Shown: positions 19,482 to 29,254, counted from the stretch's first letter. The stretch is 64,000 nucleotides of DNA from an uncultured Solirubrobacterales bacterium (GCA_963816975.1 CAWFMD010000006.1:1499208-1563207), one strand, 5' to 3'. Numbers and translations are program-made. Notes: generated from the letters alone by a model not told the origin.

Positions 19482-20831
19482 ATGGCGGTGGCGCCGGGTA
19501 CCAGGCTGTTCGGCACCGACGGTGTCCGCGGGCTGGCGGGCGAGTTCCTGTCGGCCGAGCTGGCGTTCACGCTCGGGCGTGCGGCCGCGGCGGTCTGCGA
19601 CGCGCCGTCGCCCCAGGTGCTCGTCGTGCGGGACACGCGGGTGTCGGGAGAGATGCTGGAGGCCGCGCTCTGCGCCGGGATCGCAGCCGCGGGCGGGCAG
19701 GCGCTGCTCGCCGGAGTGCTGCCGACCCCGGCTGCCTCGATCTTGGTCCGGCGCTACGGGTTCGACATGGGCGCCGTGATCTCCGCCTCGCACAACCCGT
19801 ATTACGACAACGGAATCAAGTTCTTCGACGCGCACGGGCAGAAGCTGTCGGACCAGGCCGAGGCCGCCGTGGAGGCCAACGTGCAAGTGGGCGGAGCACG
19901 TGCCCCGGGCGCGGATCCAGCCACCTGCGGTCGCGTGCGGGCGTTCAAGGGCGCCGTGGACGACTACCTCAGAGAGCTGGAGAGCCGCTTCGAGCTGTCC
20001 CTCGCGGGTCGCCGGGTGCTGCTCGACTGCGCGCACGGCGCGACCTACCGGGCGGCGCCGGCCCTGTTCGAGCGTCTGGGCGCCGACGTCGAGGCACTCG
20101 CCTGCGAGCCGGACGGGGTCAACATCAATGCGGGCTGCGGCTCGACCCATCCCGAGCTGATCGCCCAGCGCATCCGGGCGGGCGGCCACGACCTCGGCTT
20201 TGCGTTCGATGGCGACGGCGATCGCGTGCTCGCGGTCGCGCAGGACGGCAGCATCGTCGACGGGGACGAGATCATCGCCGCCATCGGCCGGGACCTGAAG
20301 CTGCGCGGCGAGCTCCAGGGCGACGGCGTCGCCGTCACGGTCATGACGAACTTCGGGTTCCACACGGCGATGGACGAGGCCGGCATCGAGGTCGCGACCA
20401 CCGACGTGGGAGACAGGCACGTGGTCGAGGAGCTGTTGCGCCGCGACTGGGTGCTGGGCGGCGAACAGTCCGGCCACATCGTGGACATGCGGCTGACTCC
20501 GTCCGGCGACGGGATCGCGGCGGCCCTGCTGCTGCTGCGGGCACTGGGCGATCGGCCGCTCACGGCGGGGCTGGCGATGCGCAAGCTCCCGCAACTGCTC
20601 GTGAACGTCCGGGTCGATGATCGGGACGCGCTGGCCACGTCCTCGGCAGTCTGGGAGACGGTCGAGTCCGAGTCGCACGAGCTCGAGGGCGAGGGCCGGA
20701 TCCTGGTGCGGCCGTCGGGTACGGAGCCGGTCGTGCGCGTGATGGTCGAGGCTCCCACCCAGCAGCGCTGCGAAACGGTCTCGGCGCGCGTCGTCGAAAC
20801 GGTGCGACGCGAGCTCGGGACGCGCGACTGA
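19482..20831 (+). CDS. glmM: Phosphoglucosamine mutase
   Basis: FGTDGVRG, ISASHNP, DGDGDR, GEQSGH, RPSGTEP. Confidence 0.96.
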   Translation: MAVAPGTRLFGTDGVRGLAGEFLSAELAFTLGRAAAAVCDAPSPQVLVVRDTRVSGEMLEAALCAGIAAAGGQALLAGVLPTPAASILVRRYGFDMGAVISASHNPYYDNGIKFFDAHGQKLSDQAEAAVEANVQVGGARAPGADPATCGRVRAFKGAVDDYLRELESRFELSLAGRRVLLDCAHGATYRAAPALFERLGADVEALACEPDGVNINAGCGSTHPELIAQRIRAGGHDLGFAFDGDGDRVLAVAQDGSIVDGDEIIAAIGRDLKLRGELQGDGVAVTVMTNFGFHTAMDEAGIEVATTDVGDRHVVEELLRRDWVLGGEQSGHIVDMRLTPSGDGIAAALLLLRALGDRPLTAGLAMRKLPQLLVNVRVDDRDALATSSAVWETVESESHELEGEGRILVRPSGTEPVVRVMVEAPTQQRCETVSARVVETVRRELGTRD

Positions 20832-20954
20832 GCTACAGCTCAACCCCTGTCACACCGAGCACCGCTGATGCAGGTTTTTGGCATGGGAAGTGGAATCAGG
20901 GGTAGAACCAACGTCCAAATACCGGGATTTTCCGCGACCGTCAGACGTCTGCAG

Positions 20955-21056
20955 TGGTACAGTTGCAATCTCTTCCGGTCGAGGGCTAAGGAGCCGCAAC
21001 GGCGGCTCTTTTTCAGTTGGAGGAGCAAACCGACACCGGAAGGAAGGAGGTGCGTT
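20955..21056 (+). promoter_or_regulatory. glmS promoter and structured 5' leader
   Basis: Extended -10 TGGTACAGT (20955-20963); P1 CTTCCGGT/ACCGGAAG; inner hairpin GAGCCGC-AACG-GCGGCTC+TTTTT; RBS AAGGAGG. Confidence 0.6.
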
Positions 21057-22931
21057 ATGTGCGGCATCGTCGGATATGTGGGCGAGCGCTCGTGCCGCGA
21101 GCTCTTGATGCATGGACTGGAGCGCCTCGAGTACCGGGGCTACGACTCCGCAGGCCTCTCGCTCGTGACGGACGGCCGGATCGAGTCGGTGCGTGCGGTC
21201 GGCAACCTCAGCCGCCTGCGCGAGGCGGTCGACGCGAACGACTCGAACGGCAGCGCCGCGGTCACGCTCCAGATCTCCGAGGCGACGACCGGTATCGGCC
21301 ACACGCGCTGGGCGACGCACGGCAGGCCCTCCGAGCGCAACGCGCATCCCCATCCCGACTGCACCGACCGCGTGCACATCGTCCTCAACGGGATCATCGA
21401 GAACTACGTAGAGCTACGGGCGCAGCTCGAGGCCGAAGGACACCACTTCTCGTCCGAGACGGACGCCGAGGCAGTCGCGCACCTGATCGAGAAGCATGTC
21501 GACGCGCTCGGTCCCGGCAACCTGACCGAGGCGACACGCCTCGCCTACCTCGAGCTGCGCGGCCACTATGCGTTCGTGGCCGTGTCGGCCGACGACCCCG
21601 ACACGATCGTAGGCGCGCGCAAGGACTGCCCACTCGTGATCGGCGTCGGCGAGGGCGAGCACTTCGTCGCCTCCGCGATCCCCGCTTTCCTGCGCGAGAC
21701 GCGCCGCGTGCAGCTGGTCAACGACGACGAGATCGTGACCGTGCGTCGCGGTGCCGCCGAGTTCCGCAGCGCGGCCGGTGAGCAGGTCTCCCGTGAGATC
21801 GAGGAGATCACCTGGGACGAGGAGGCCGCCGAGAAATCCGGGTACCCGACGTTCATGCTGAAGGAGATCAACGAGCAGTCCGACGCCGTCGCGGAGACGA
21901 TCGCGGACCGGCTGGCCCACGACGAGACCGTCGACCTCAGCGACGTCGGGATCGACGACGACAAGCTCGCGCAGTTTCGCCGGATCGTGATCGTCGCGTG
22001 TGGCACCTCTTACCACGCGGGCCTCGTCGGCCGCTACGCGATCGAGAAGTGGGCACGGGTGCCGGTCGAGATGGACATCGCCTCGGAGTACCGCTATCGC
22101 GACCCCGTGATCGGCCCCGACGACCTCGTGATCGGCATCTCGCAGTCGGGTGAGACGGCGGACACGCTGGCGGCGATGCGCCTCGCGCGCAGCCGCGGCG
22201 CAACGGTGCTCGCGGTCACGAACATCCTCGGCAGCCAGGCGACGCGCGATTCGGACGGCGTGCTCTACACACGGGCCGGCCTCGAGATCGGCGTGGCCGC
22301 CACCAAGACGTTCGTCGCGCAGGTGGCCGCCATGTACCTGATCGGCCTGAAGCTGGCCGAGCTGCGCCACACGATGGAGCCCGCCGAGCTGCATGGCCTG
22401 ATCCGCGACCTGAAGGCGATTCCCCACCGGATCGAGATGCTGGTGCAGCAGTGCGAGCAGCAGATCCGGGCGATCGCCCGCACGCACTCCGAGCGCGACT
22501 TCTTCCTGTACCTGGGGCGGCACATCGGTCTGCCGATCGCGCTCGAGGGCGCGCTGAAGCTGAAGGAGATCTCCTACATCCCGACGGAGGCCTACGCGGC
22601 GGGCGAGATGAAGCACGGGCCGATCGCGCTGCTCGACAGCTCGACGCCGGTCGTGTGCGTTGCCACCGACAGCCCGGTCCTGGACAAGGTGCTCTCGAAC
22701 GTGGCGGAGGTGAAGGCGCGCGGCGCCGAGGTGATCGCCGTCGCGACCGAGGGCTCCGGCCATGTCGCCGCGGCGGCTGACCAGACGGTCTTCATTCCTC
22801 GCACGGACTGGATCCTCCAGCCGATCCTGGCGGTCGTCCCGCTGCAGCTGCTGGCGTACCACATCGCGCGCCTGCGCGGATTGAACGTCGATCAGCCGCG
22901 GAACCTGGCGAAGACCGTCACCGTGGAGTGA
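21057..22931 (+). CDS. glmS: Glutamine--fructose-6-phosphate aminotransferase
   Basis: MCGIVG start, EYRGYDSAG, HTRWATHG, PRNLAKTVTVE. Confidence 0.98.
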   Translation: MCGIVGYVGERSCRELLMHGLERLEYRGYDSAGLSLVTDGRIESVRAVGNLSRLREAVDANDSNGSAAVTLQISEATTGIGHTRWATHGRPSERNAHPHPDCTDRVHIVLNGIIENYVELRAQLEAEGHHFSSETDAEAVAHLIEKHVDALGPGNLTEATRLAYLELRGHYAFVAVSADDPDTIVGARKDCPLVIGVGEGEHFVASAIPAFLRETRRVQLVNDDEIVTVRRGAAEFRSAAGEQVSREIEEITWDEEAAEKSGYPTFMLKEINEQSDAVAETIADRLAHDETVDLSDVGIDDDKLAQFRRIVIVACGTSYHAGLVGRYAIEKWARVPVEMDIASEYRYRDPVIGPDDLVIGISQSGETADTLAAMRLARSRGATVLAVTNILGSQATRDSDGVLYTRAGLEIGVAATKTFVAQVAAMYLIGLKLAELRHTMEPAELHGLIRDLKAIPHRIEMLVQQCEQQIRAIARTHSERDFFLYLGRHIGLPIALEGALKLKEISYIPTEAYAAGEMKHGPIALLDSSTPVVCVATDSPVLDKVLSNVAEVKARGAEVIAVATEGSGHVAAAADQTVFIPRTDWILQPILAVVPLQLLAYHIARLRGLNVDQPRNLAKTVTVE

Positions 22932-22937
22932 CAAAGG

Positions 22938-23020
22938 CCGGATTTTCCTTAGTCGGAAAATCCGGGAGCTCTGAGATTCGCCTTAGGCGGAAAATCCGGG
23001 AGCCCTGAGATCCGCCTTAG
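22938..23020. repeat. REP/MITE-like palindrome plus 34-bp tandem repeat
   Basis: CCGGATTTTCC-TTAGTC-GGAAAATCCGG; the unit CCTTAGKCGGAAAATCCGGGAGCYCTGAGATYCG occurs at 22947 and 22981, with a partial copy at 23015. Confidence 0.85.
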
Positions 23021-23353
23021 TTATTTGGGTGGCAGGCGCGAGGCGAAGTCCTCGGCCCTGCCGACCCATCGCTCCAGGTCGGCGTCCTCTGCGACCGCCG
23101 TGGGGGCGACGTACAGCCAGCCGCGCATCGGGCGGCCCGTGAAGTCCATCGGGCGCACGCCTGACTCGGAGGCCAGCAGCTGCTGTGCTGCGTCGGGGTC
23201 GAGGCGCACGATCAGGTCCTCGCCGATCACGCCGCAGCACATGTTGCCCCCGACCAGGAACGCGAGGCCCCCGAACATCTTTCGCTCGGCCACGTCGGGC
23301 TGACCGTCCAGCAGGCCGCGCACGCGCTCCGCCAGTTCTGCGTCGAAGGCCAC
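23021..23353 (-). CDS. TfoX N-terminal domain protein
   Basis: LAERVR, ERKMFGGLAFLV.GNM, GRPMRGW. Confidence 0.88.
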   Translation of the reverse strand: MAFDAELAERVRGLLDGQPDVAERKMFGGLAFLVGGNMCCGVIGEDLIVRLDPDAAQQLLASESGVRPMDFTGRPMRGWLYVAPTAVAEDADLERWVGRAEDFASRLPPK

Positions 23354-23447
23354 CCCGGCAGCCTACGAAGTTGGGCGCGGCTCCCGCGGGCGACCGGCGC
23401 CTGCGCCGGCCTCGCCGCCCCTGCCCGAACGCGCCGAGGCGTCCACT

Positions 23448-23467
23448 ATGCTTGAGGACGCAAGCAT
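23448..23467. promoter_or_regulatory. Putative MarR operator overlapping the marR -10
   Basis: Palindrome ATGCTTG-AGGACG-CAAGCAT overlapping TATGCT. Confidence 0.7.
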
Positions 23468-23927
23468 GCCGATCCGAGCGATGATCCAGACCGAGTACGC
23501 GGCCGAACCCTGGGTGTGCCTGCATCGGGGCCACGCCGCTGTGCGCCGTTCCGTCGCGGCGCGGCTCCAGGCAGCACACGGGCTGACTGTCAACGACTAC
23601 GAGGCGCTGGTGCTACTCTCCCGCGCCGACGGGCACCACATGCGCCGCGTCGACCTGGCGAAGGGGCTGCAGCTCACGGCCTCTGGGGTGACCCGCCTGC
23701 TGGACGGGCTCGAACAGCAGGGCCTGGTGAAGAAAAAGGCCTGCTCGACTGATGGTCGCGTGACATACGCGGTGCTCACGAAGGCGGGCCGCAGGAAGCT
23801 CGAACAGGCGGCCGCCGCGCATACGGCGGCGATCCGGTCGGTGTTCGAGGAGCGCTTTACACCGGGCGAGCTGGCGGTCCTGGCCGAGCTGCTGGCCAGA
23901 CTGCCGGAAGGCGCTCCGCGGGTTTAG
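23466..23927 (+). CDS. MarR family transcriptional regulator
   Basis: GLTVNDYEALVLL, LTASGVTRLLDGLE..GLV, DGRVTYAVLT. Confidence 0.92.
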   Translation: MPIRAMIQTEYAAEPWVCLHRGHAAVRRSVAARLQAAHGLTVNDYEALVLLSRADGHHMRRVDLAKGLQLTASGVTRLLDGLEQQGLVKKKACSTDGRVTYAVLTKAGRRKLEQAAAAHTAAIRSVFEERFTPGELAVLAELLARLPEGAPRV

Positions 23928-23967
23928 TTGCGCACTCAACTTGTGTGCTATAGTTGAGGACGCAAAT
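23926..23967 (+). promoter_or_regulatory. Sigma-factor promoter flanked by two MarR-type boxes
   Basis: TTGCGCACTCAA (23928-23939), extended -10 TGCTATAGT (23946-23954), TTGAGGACGCAA (23954-23965). Confidence 0.7.
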
Positions 23968-24036
23968 AATTTCTCCCGGGGCGAGGACACATGCGCGATG
24001 CAGCGCCTGGTCATGCCACGGGACAGAAAGGGACGA

Positions 24037-25002
24037 ATGGGAAGAACCGATACCAGCAAGGCCAGAGGCCGCGCACGCGGCGAGCACCGCGACGCCACGA
24101 CTCGCTCGGCGCCGCGGCGGCCGGCCGCGCCTGCCCGCGGCGAGCGGTCGGTGCGCCGCGCGGCGGCCGGGCATGCCGCTGCCGACGAGGCCGCGGTCGA
24201 GCCGCTCCAGCGCTTTTTCGTGCACGCGGGTCGCTACCCGCTGCTGACGGCGGCCGAAGAAGTCGAACTTGCGAAGCGCATCGAGCGCGGGGACCTCGCG
24301 GCCAAGGAGCGCATGATCCAGTCCAACCTGCGCCTGGTGATCTCGATCGCCCGCAAGCACCAGAACCTGGGGCTGCCCCTGGGCGACCTGATCCAGGAGG
24401 GCATCATCGGCCTGATCCGTGCTGCCGAGAAGTTCGACTGGCGCCGTGGATTCAAGTTCTCGACGTACGCCACGCTCTGGATTCGGCAGTCCATGCAGCG
24501 CGCGCTCTCGAACACCGCGCGGACGATCCGGGTGCCGGTCCACATCGAGCAGCGCCAGCGTAAGCTCGCGCGGGCCGAACGCGAGCTCACGAACAAGCTC
24601 GGGCGCGACCCGACGGACGAGGAGCTCGCGCAGGCGGCCGAGATGGAGCTCGACGAGGTGTTCGAGCTGCGCGAAGCACCGCAGGCGGTGACCAGCCTCG
24701 ACCGACCCGTGGGCGAGGACGGCGAGACCGAGCTGGGCGACCTGGTGCCCAGTGACCAGGCCGACCCCGGCGAGGAGCTCGTCGAGGGGGAGCGCCGGGA
24801 GTCGCTTGCCACGGCGCTGGACCAGCTCTCGTCTCCGGAGCGCAGGGTGATCGAGCTGCGCTACGGCCTCGAGGATGGACAGCAGAGGACGGTCGCGGCG
24901 ATCGCCAAAGAGCTCGGGGTCACAAAGGAGCAGGCCAACCGCCTGGAGAGCACTGCGCTGCAGCGCCTGCGTCACGTGGACGCGCTGCGCGACGCAGCCT
25001 GA
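24037..25002 (+). CDS. Sigma-70 family RNA polymerase sigma factor (group 2-like, RpoD/SigB-related, no region 1.1)
   Basis: PLLTAAEEVELA, SNLRLVISIA, DLIQEG, KFSTYATLWIRQ, SLDRPVG. Confidence 0.92.
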   Translation: MGRTDTSKARGRARGEHRDATTRSAPRRPAAPARGERSVRRAAAGHAAADEAAVEPLQRFFVHAGRYPLLTAAEEVELAKRIERGDLAAKERMIQSNLRLVISIARKHQNLGLPLGDLIQEGIIGLIRAAEKFDWRRGFKFSTYATLWIRQSMQRALSNTARTIRVPVHIEQRQRKLARAERELTNKLGRDPTDEELAQAAEMELDEVFELREAPQAVTSLDRPVGEDGETELGDLVPSDQADPGEELVEGERRESLATALDQLSSPERRVIELRYGLEDGQQRTVAAIAKELGVTKEQANRLESTALQRLRHVDALRDAA

Positions 25003-25054
25003 GCAGTCGGGATCAACGGGCCGCGCGCCCGCGCCGGATAGGCTCCGCGCCGCC

Positions 25055-26623
25055 ATGAGCGAGCTGCCTCCCTGGCTCGAGCCGTTGTTCACGGCCGACG
25101 AGATGCGCGCCCTCGACGCGTGGGCCATCCACGACGAGGGCGTGCCCTCGCTCGAACTGATGGACCGGGCGGGCGCCGAGGTCGCGCGCGTCGTGACCGC
25201 CAGGGCGCCCGACCGGCCGGTCCGGATCGTGTGTGGAAAGGGCAACAACGGGGGCGACGGCCTGGTGGTCGCGCGCCTGCTGGCCGCAGCTGGTCTCGCC
25301 GCGGAAGCGCTGCTGCTGTTCGATCCGCATGAGCTCAGCGATGACGCGCGTGCCAGCTTCGACCGGATCTCGGACGGAAGCTCGGCGTGGCGGCAGGTCG
25401 GCGCCTCGGATCTGGCAGACGCGCTCGCGGGCTCCGGCGTGGTCGTCGACGCGATGCTCGGCACCGGGTTCGACGGGATGCCGCGCGCTCCGCTCGACGC
25501 CGCGATCGAGGCGGTGAACGGCGCAGGTGCGCCGGTGATCGCCGTCGATGTTCCCTCCGGGCTGAACGCATCCACCGGCGAGATCGGCGGCGCGTGCGTA
25601 CGGGCCGACGTGACCGTCAGCTTTCACGCCGCGAAGGTCGGGCTGTGGGTCGACCCCGGAAAGAGCCGGGCCGGCAGGGTGGAGGTGGTGGAGATCGGCA
25701 TCCCGCCCGAGCGCTACGGTGCACCGCTGCCGCGCACGGCCGGCTTGGTCGGGCCTGGGGTGCGGAGCGCGCTCCCCACCCGGGTGGCCGCGTCGACCAA
25801 GTTCTCCTCCGGCTCCGTGCTCGTGATCGGCGGGTCGGCCGGGCTCACCGGAGCGGTGTGCCTGACCTGCGAGGGTGCGATGCGCTCCGGCGCGGGGTGG
25901 GTCCGGGCCGGTGTGCCGGCATCCCTTCACTCCGTGTTCGAGGTGAAGCTCACCGAGGTGATGTCGCTGCCGTTGCCGGACGCCGGCGGTGCGCTCGGCG
26001 CGGAAGCCGCGGACGCCGTCCTGGAAGCGGCCGAGCGCGCCGACGCCGTCGTGCTGGGCCCGGGGATGGGCAGGGCGCCCGCCTCGTTCGCGCTCGCCGT
26101 GCAACTGATCGAGCGCGTCGAGCGACCGCTGCTGGTAGACGCCGACGGGCTCAACGCGCTGGCCGAGACGGGAATCGAGCGGGCGGCCGCGCGGACCGCG
26201 CCCACCGTGCTGACCCCGCACGCAGGCGAGCTGGGGCGGTTGCTCGGGCGCCCCTCGAGCGAGATCGCGGCCCGCCGGCTCGCGAGCGCGCGCGAGGCGG
26301 CGGAGCGCGCGGGCGCGGTGGTCGTGCTGAAGGGCGACGACACGATCATCGCCCCGCCCGGGGATGCGGCGGTGGGGATCAGCCGTGGCGGTGCCGGGGC
26401 GCTCGCGACCGCGGGCACCGGCGACGTGCTGAGCGGAGTCGGGGCGGCGTTTCTTGCGCGTGGCCTGGACGCCTTCCGGGCCGCTTGCGCGGCTGTGGAG
26501 ACTCACCGCGAGGCGGGTCGTGAAGCGGCGCGCCGGCTGGGGGGTACCGACGCGGTGGTGGCGGGAGACGTGATCGCGGCCCTGCCCACCGCCTTGCGAG
26601 GCGGGTCCGGACGGCCTGCCTAG
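25055..26623 (+). CDS. nnr: Bifunctional NAD(P)HX epimerase/dehydratase
   Basis: GKGNNGGDG, DVPSG, DADGL, TPHAGE, TAGTGDVL. Confidence 0.93.
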   Translation: MSELPPWLEPLFTADEMRALDAWAIHDEGVPSLELMDRAGAEVARVVTARAPDRPVRIVCGKGNNGGDGLVVARLLAAAGLAAEALLLFDPHELSDDARASFDRISDGSSAWRQVGASDLADALAGSGVVVDAMLGTGFDGMPRAPLDAAIEAVNGAGAPVIAVDVPSGLNASTGEIGGACVRADVTVSFHAAKVGLWVDPGKSRAGRVEVVEIGIPPERYGAPLPRTAGLVGPGVRSALPTRVAASTKFSSGSVLVIGGSAGLTGAVCLTCEGAMRSGAGWVRAGVPASLHSVFEVKLTEVMSLPLPDAGGALGAEAADAVLEAAERADAVVLGPGMGRAPASFALAVQLIERVERPLLVDADGLNALAETGIERAAARTAPTVLTPHAGELGRLLGRPSSEIAARRLASAREAAERAGAVVVLKGDDTIIAPPGDAAVGISRGGAGALATAGTGDVLSGVGAAFLARGLDAFRAACAAVETHREAGREAARRLGGTDAVVAGDVIAALPTALRGGSGRPA

Positions 26624-26637
26624 TACGCTGATCCCGC

Positions 26638-27741
26638 GTGCGGGCGCTTGCGCACATCGATCTGGGCGCGGTCGAGCGCAACTGCGCGAGGCTCGCGCAG
26701 CGGGTCGGCTCGGCGCGGCTGTGCGCGGTCGTGAAAGCCGACGGCTATGGCCACGGCGCGACGGCCTGCGCGCGCGCGGCGCTGGCCGGGGGTGCGACGT
26801 GGCTGGCAGTCGCGACCGCGAGCGAGGCCGCCGCCCTGCGGGCGGACGGCGTCACGGGTCGCCTGCTGGTGATGGGCGCGTTGACCGGCGAGGAGCTCGC
26901 GGTGGCACTCGCGGCCGAGGCCGACGTCGTGGCGTGGACCGAGGACCTCGTACGCGCGGTAGAGGCCGCTTGTGCACCGGAGCGGCCCGGGCGCGTGCAT
27001 GTGAAGCTCGACAGCGGGATGGGGCGTCTGGGGACCAAGGATCTGCGCCAGGCGCGCGCCGTCGCGGACGCGGTGGATTCCGCTGCGCGGCTCGAGCTGG
27101 CCGGCGTGATGACGCACTTCGCGACCGCGGACGACCCCGAGTCCGGCTTCTTCGAGGAGCAGCTCGGCCGCTTTCGCCCATTCGCCCGGGAGCTCAAGCA
27201 GTCGCACCCCGACTGCATCGTGCACGCCTCCAACAGCGCTGCAGCGCTGCGCGGCACGGCGGCGCACTTCGACATGGTGCGCTGCGGCATCGCCGTCTAC
27301 GGCATGGATCCGTTCGGCGAGGACGCAGCGCTGCGGGATCTCGAGCCGGCGCTCGCGTTGCGCTCTTATGTGGCTCAGGTGAAGGAGATGGCCCCGGGCG
27401 AGTCGGCCGGCTACGGCCGCACGTGGTCCGCGACCGCGCAGACGCGCGTGGCGGTGCTGCCGATCGGTTATGGCGACGGTTACCGGCGCGGCCTCGGCAA
27501 CACGGCGGAGGTGCTGATCCGTGGGCGCCGCCATCCGGTCGTGGGGACGATCAGCATGGACAACATCACGGTCGAGATCGGCGATGCCGAGGTCGCGATC
27601 GGGGACCCCGCAACTCTGATCGGGGCTGACGGCGACCAGCGCGTCACGGCAGAGGACCTGGCGCGCCTGCTCGACACGATCAACTACGAGGTCACGTGTG
27701 GGATCTCGGCGCGCGTCCCGCGCGTTCACCTGTCGTCGTGA
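26638..27741 (+). CDS. alr: Alanine racemase
   Basis: AVVKADGYGHG, DSGMGRLG, GYGDG, TINYEV. Confidence 0.96.
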   Translation: MRALAHIDLGAVERNCARLAQRVGSARLCAVVKADGYGHGATACARAALAGGATWLAVATASEAAALRADGVTGRLLVMGALTGEELAVALAAEADVVAWTEDLVRAVEAACAPERPGRVHVKLDSGMGRLGTKDLRQARAVADAVDSAARLELAGVMTHFATADDPESGFFEEQLGRFRPFARELKQSHPDCIVHASNSAAALRGTAAHFDMVRCGIAVYGMDPFGEDAALRDLEPALALRSYVAQVKEMAPGESAGYGRTWSATAQTRVAVLPIGYGDGYRRGLGNTAEVLIRGRRHPVVGTISMDNITVEIGDAEVAIGDPATLIGADGDQRVTAEDLARLLDTINYEVTCGISARVPRVHLSS

Positions 27742-29171
27742 GCGCCCTCGCGGAGCGGCTGGAGCGCGCGCCGGCCGTGCGCACGGTGCTCGGCGCGCTC
27801 CCCGCGGTCGAGGCCTGGCTGGTCGGCGGCACGGTGCGTGACGCGCTCCGCGATCAGACCGCGCTGGACGAGCCGGACCTGGTCGTGACCGGGGCGGCCG
27901 AGCCCGTGGCGCGGGCGCTGGCCGATCGCGTCGGCGCGTTCGTGTTCCCCCTGTCGGAGCGGTTCGGCGCGTGGCGGGTGATCGCGCGCGACCGCGCATG
28001 GCAGTCGGACATCACTCCCGCGCGCGGGACGATCGAGGAGGACCTCGCGCTGCGCGACTTCACCATCAACGCGATGGCGGTGCCCACAGCCGACCCCGGC
28101 CGGCTGATCGACCCGCATGGCGGCCGGAGCGACCTGGAGGCCGGCACGGTGCGAGCGGTCGGTCCACGCACATTCGCGGACGATCCGCTGCGCGCGCTGC
28201 GGATGGCGCGCTTCGCATGCGAGCTGGAGTTCGAGGTCGAGAGCAGGACGAGCGCGCTGGCCGCCGCGGAGTCGCCACGCATCGATGCCGTTGCCCCCGA
28301 GCGCTGCTTCTACGAGCTGCGCCGCCTGATCACGGCGCCGCAGCCGCGGCGGGGGATCGACCTGATGGACTCGGTGGGGCTGGTCGCCGGCCTGCTGCCC
28401 GAGCTCGAGGGACTGAAGGGAGTCGAGCAGAACCCGTACCACCATGCGGACGTATGGGGTCACACCCTCGACGTGCTGGACCGTGTCGTCGAGGTGACCG
28501 GCGACCCCGGCCGGATGCTGGGCGGGGCGGCGCCGGGCATCGCGCGGGAGCTGGCGAGGCCGCTGGCCGACGACCTGACGCGCGGCGAGGCGCTGCGGTT
28601 CGGCGCTCTGCTGCACGATGCGGGGAAGCCCGCAACCCGCGCGGTGACCGCCGAGGGCCGCGTCCTGTTCTGGGGGCACGACCGCGTCGGCGCCGACATC
28701 GCGCGCGACTTCGGCCGGCGCATGCGCGCGAGCACCGCGCTCGGGGACTTCCTCGCCGCGATCGCGCAACACCACCTGAGGCTCGGCTTCCTCGTGCACG
28801 AACGGCCGCTGTCGCGGCGCGACGTCTACCGCTACCTGCGCGCGTGCGAGCCGGTCGAGGTCGAGGTGACCGTGCTGTCCGTGGCGGACCGGCTCGCCAC
28901 GCGGGGCCCGAAGACGCGACGGCAGGCGCTCGACGATCACCTCGAGCTGGCGCGGCAGCTCGCGCCGGAGGCGCTCGCGTGGCGCACGGACGAGCGGCCC
29001 CGGGCCCCGGTGCGGGGCGACGACCTGATCGCGGAGCTGCGCATCGAGCCGGGGCCCGAGGTGGGGCGCCTGCTGGAGACGATCGAGGAGGCGGCGTTCG
29101 CAGGAGACGTGCGCACCCGCGAGGACGCGCTCGCCCTGGCGCGCCGCGAGTCCCACCCAAAAATCCCTTAG
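27738..29171 (+). CDS. Class II tRNA nucleotidyltransferase with HD domain (probably CC-adding type)
   Basis: GGTVRD, RDFTINA, DDPLRALRMARF, HD motif LLHDAGKP. Confidence 0.88.
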   Translation: MSALAERLERAPAVRTVLGALPAVEAWLVGGTVRDALRDQTALDEPDLVVTGAAEPVARALADRVGAFVFPLSERFGAWRVIARDRAWQSDITPARGTIEEDLALRDFTINAMAVPTADPGRLIDPHGGRSDLEAGTVRAVGPRTFADDPLRALRMARFACELEFEVESRTSALAAAESPRIDAVAPERCFYELRRLITAPQPRRGIDLMDSVGLVAGLLPELEGLKGVEQNPYHHADVWGHTLDVLDRVVEVTGDPGRMLGGAAPGIARELARPLADDLTRGEALRFGALLHDAGKPATRAVTAEGRVLFWGHDRVGADIARDFGRRMRASTALGDFLAAIAQHHLRLGFLVHERPLSRRDVYRYLRACEPVEVEVTVLSVADRLATRGPKTRRQALDDHLELARQLAPEALAWRTDERPRAPVRGDDLIAELRIEPGPEVGRLLETIEEAAFAGDVRTREDALALARRESHPKIP

Positions 29172-29247
29172 CCACCGGGATTTCCGGCTAAGGAAATCCC
29201 GCTATGTCCACCGGGATTTCCGGCTAAGGAAATCCCGCTAAATCCCG
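29169..29247. repeat. REP/MITE-like palindrome, two tandem copies (36-bp period)
   Basis: CGGGATTTCC-GGCTAA-GGAAATCCCG at 29176-29201 and 29212-29237. Confidence 0.9.
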
Positions 29248-29254
29248 GCTGGGG

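Noticed and set aside
20832-21056. glmS ribozyme
   Set aside because: The conserved ribozyme core is absent; reported as a different candidate leader.
20868-21056. 63-aa N-terminal extension of GlmS in the ORF track
   Set aside because: GlmS needs an N-terminal Cys (MCG), and a strong RBS precedes ATG 21057.
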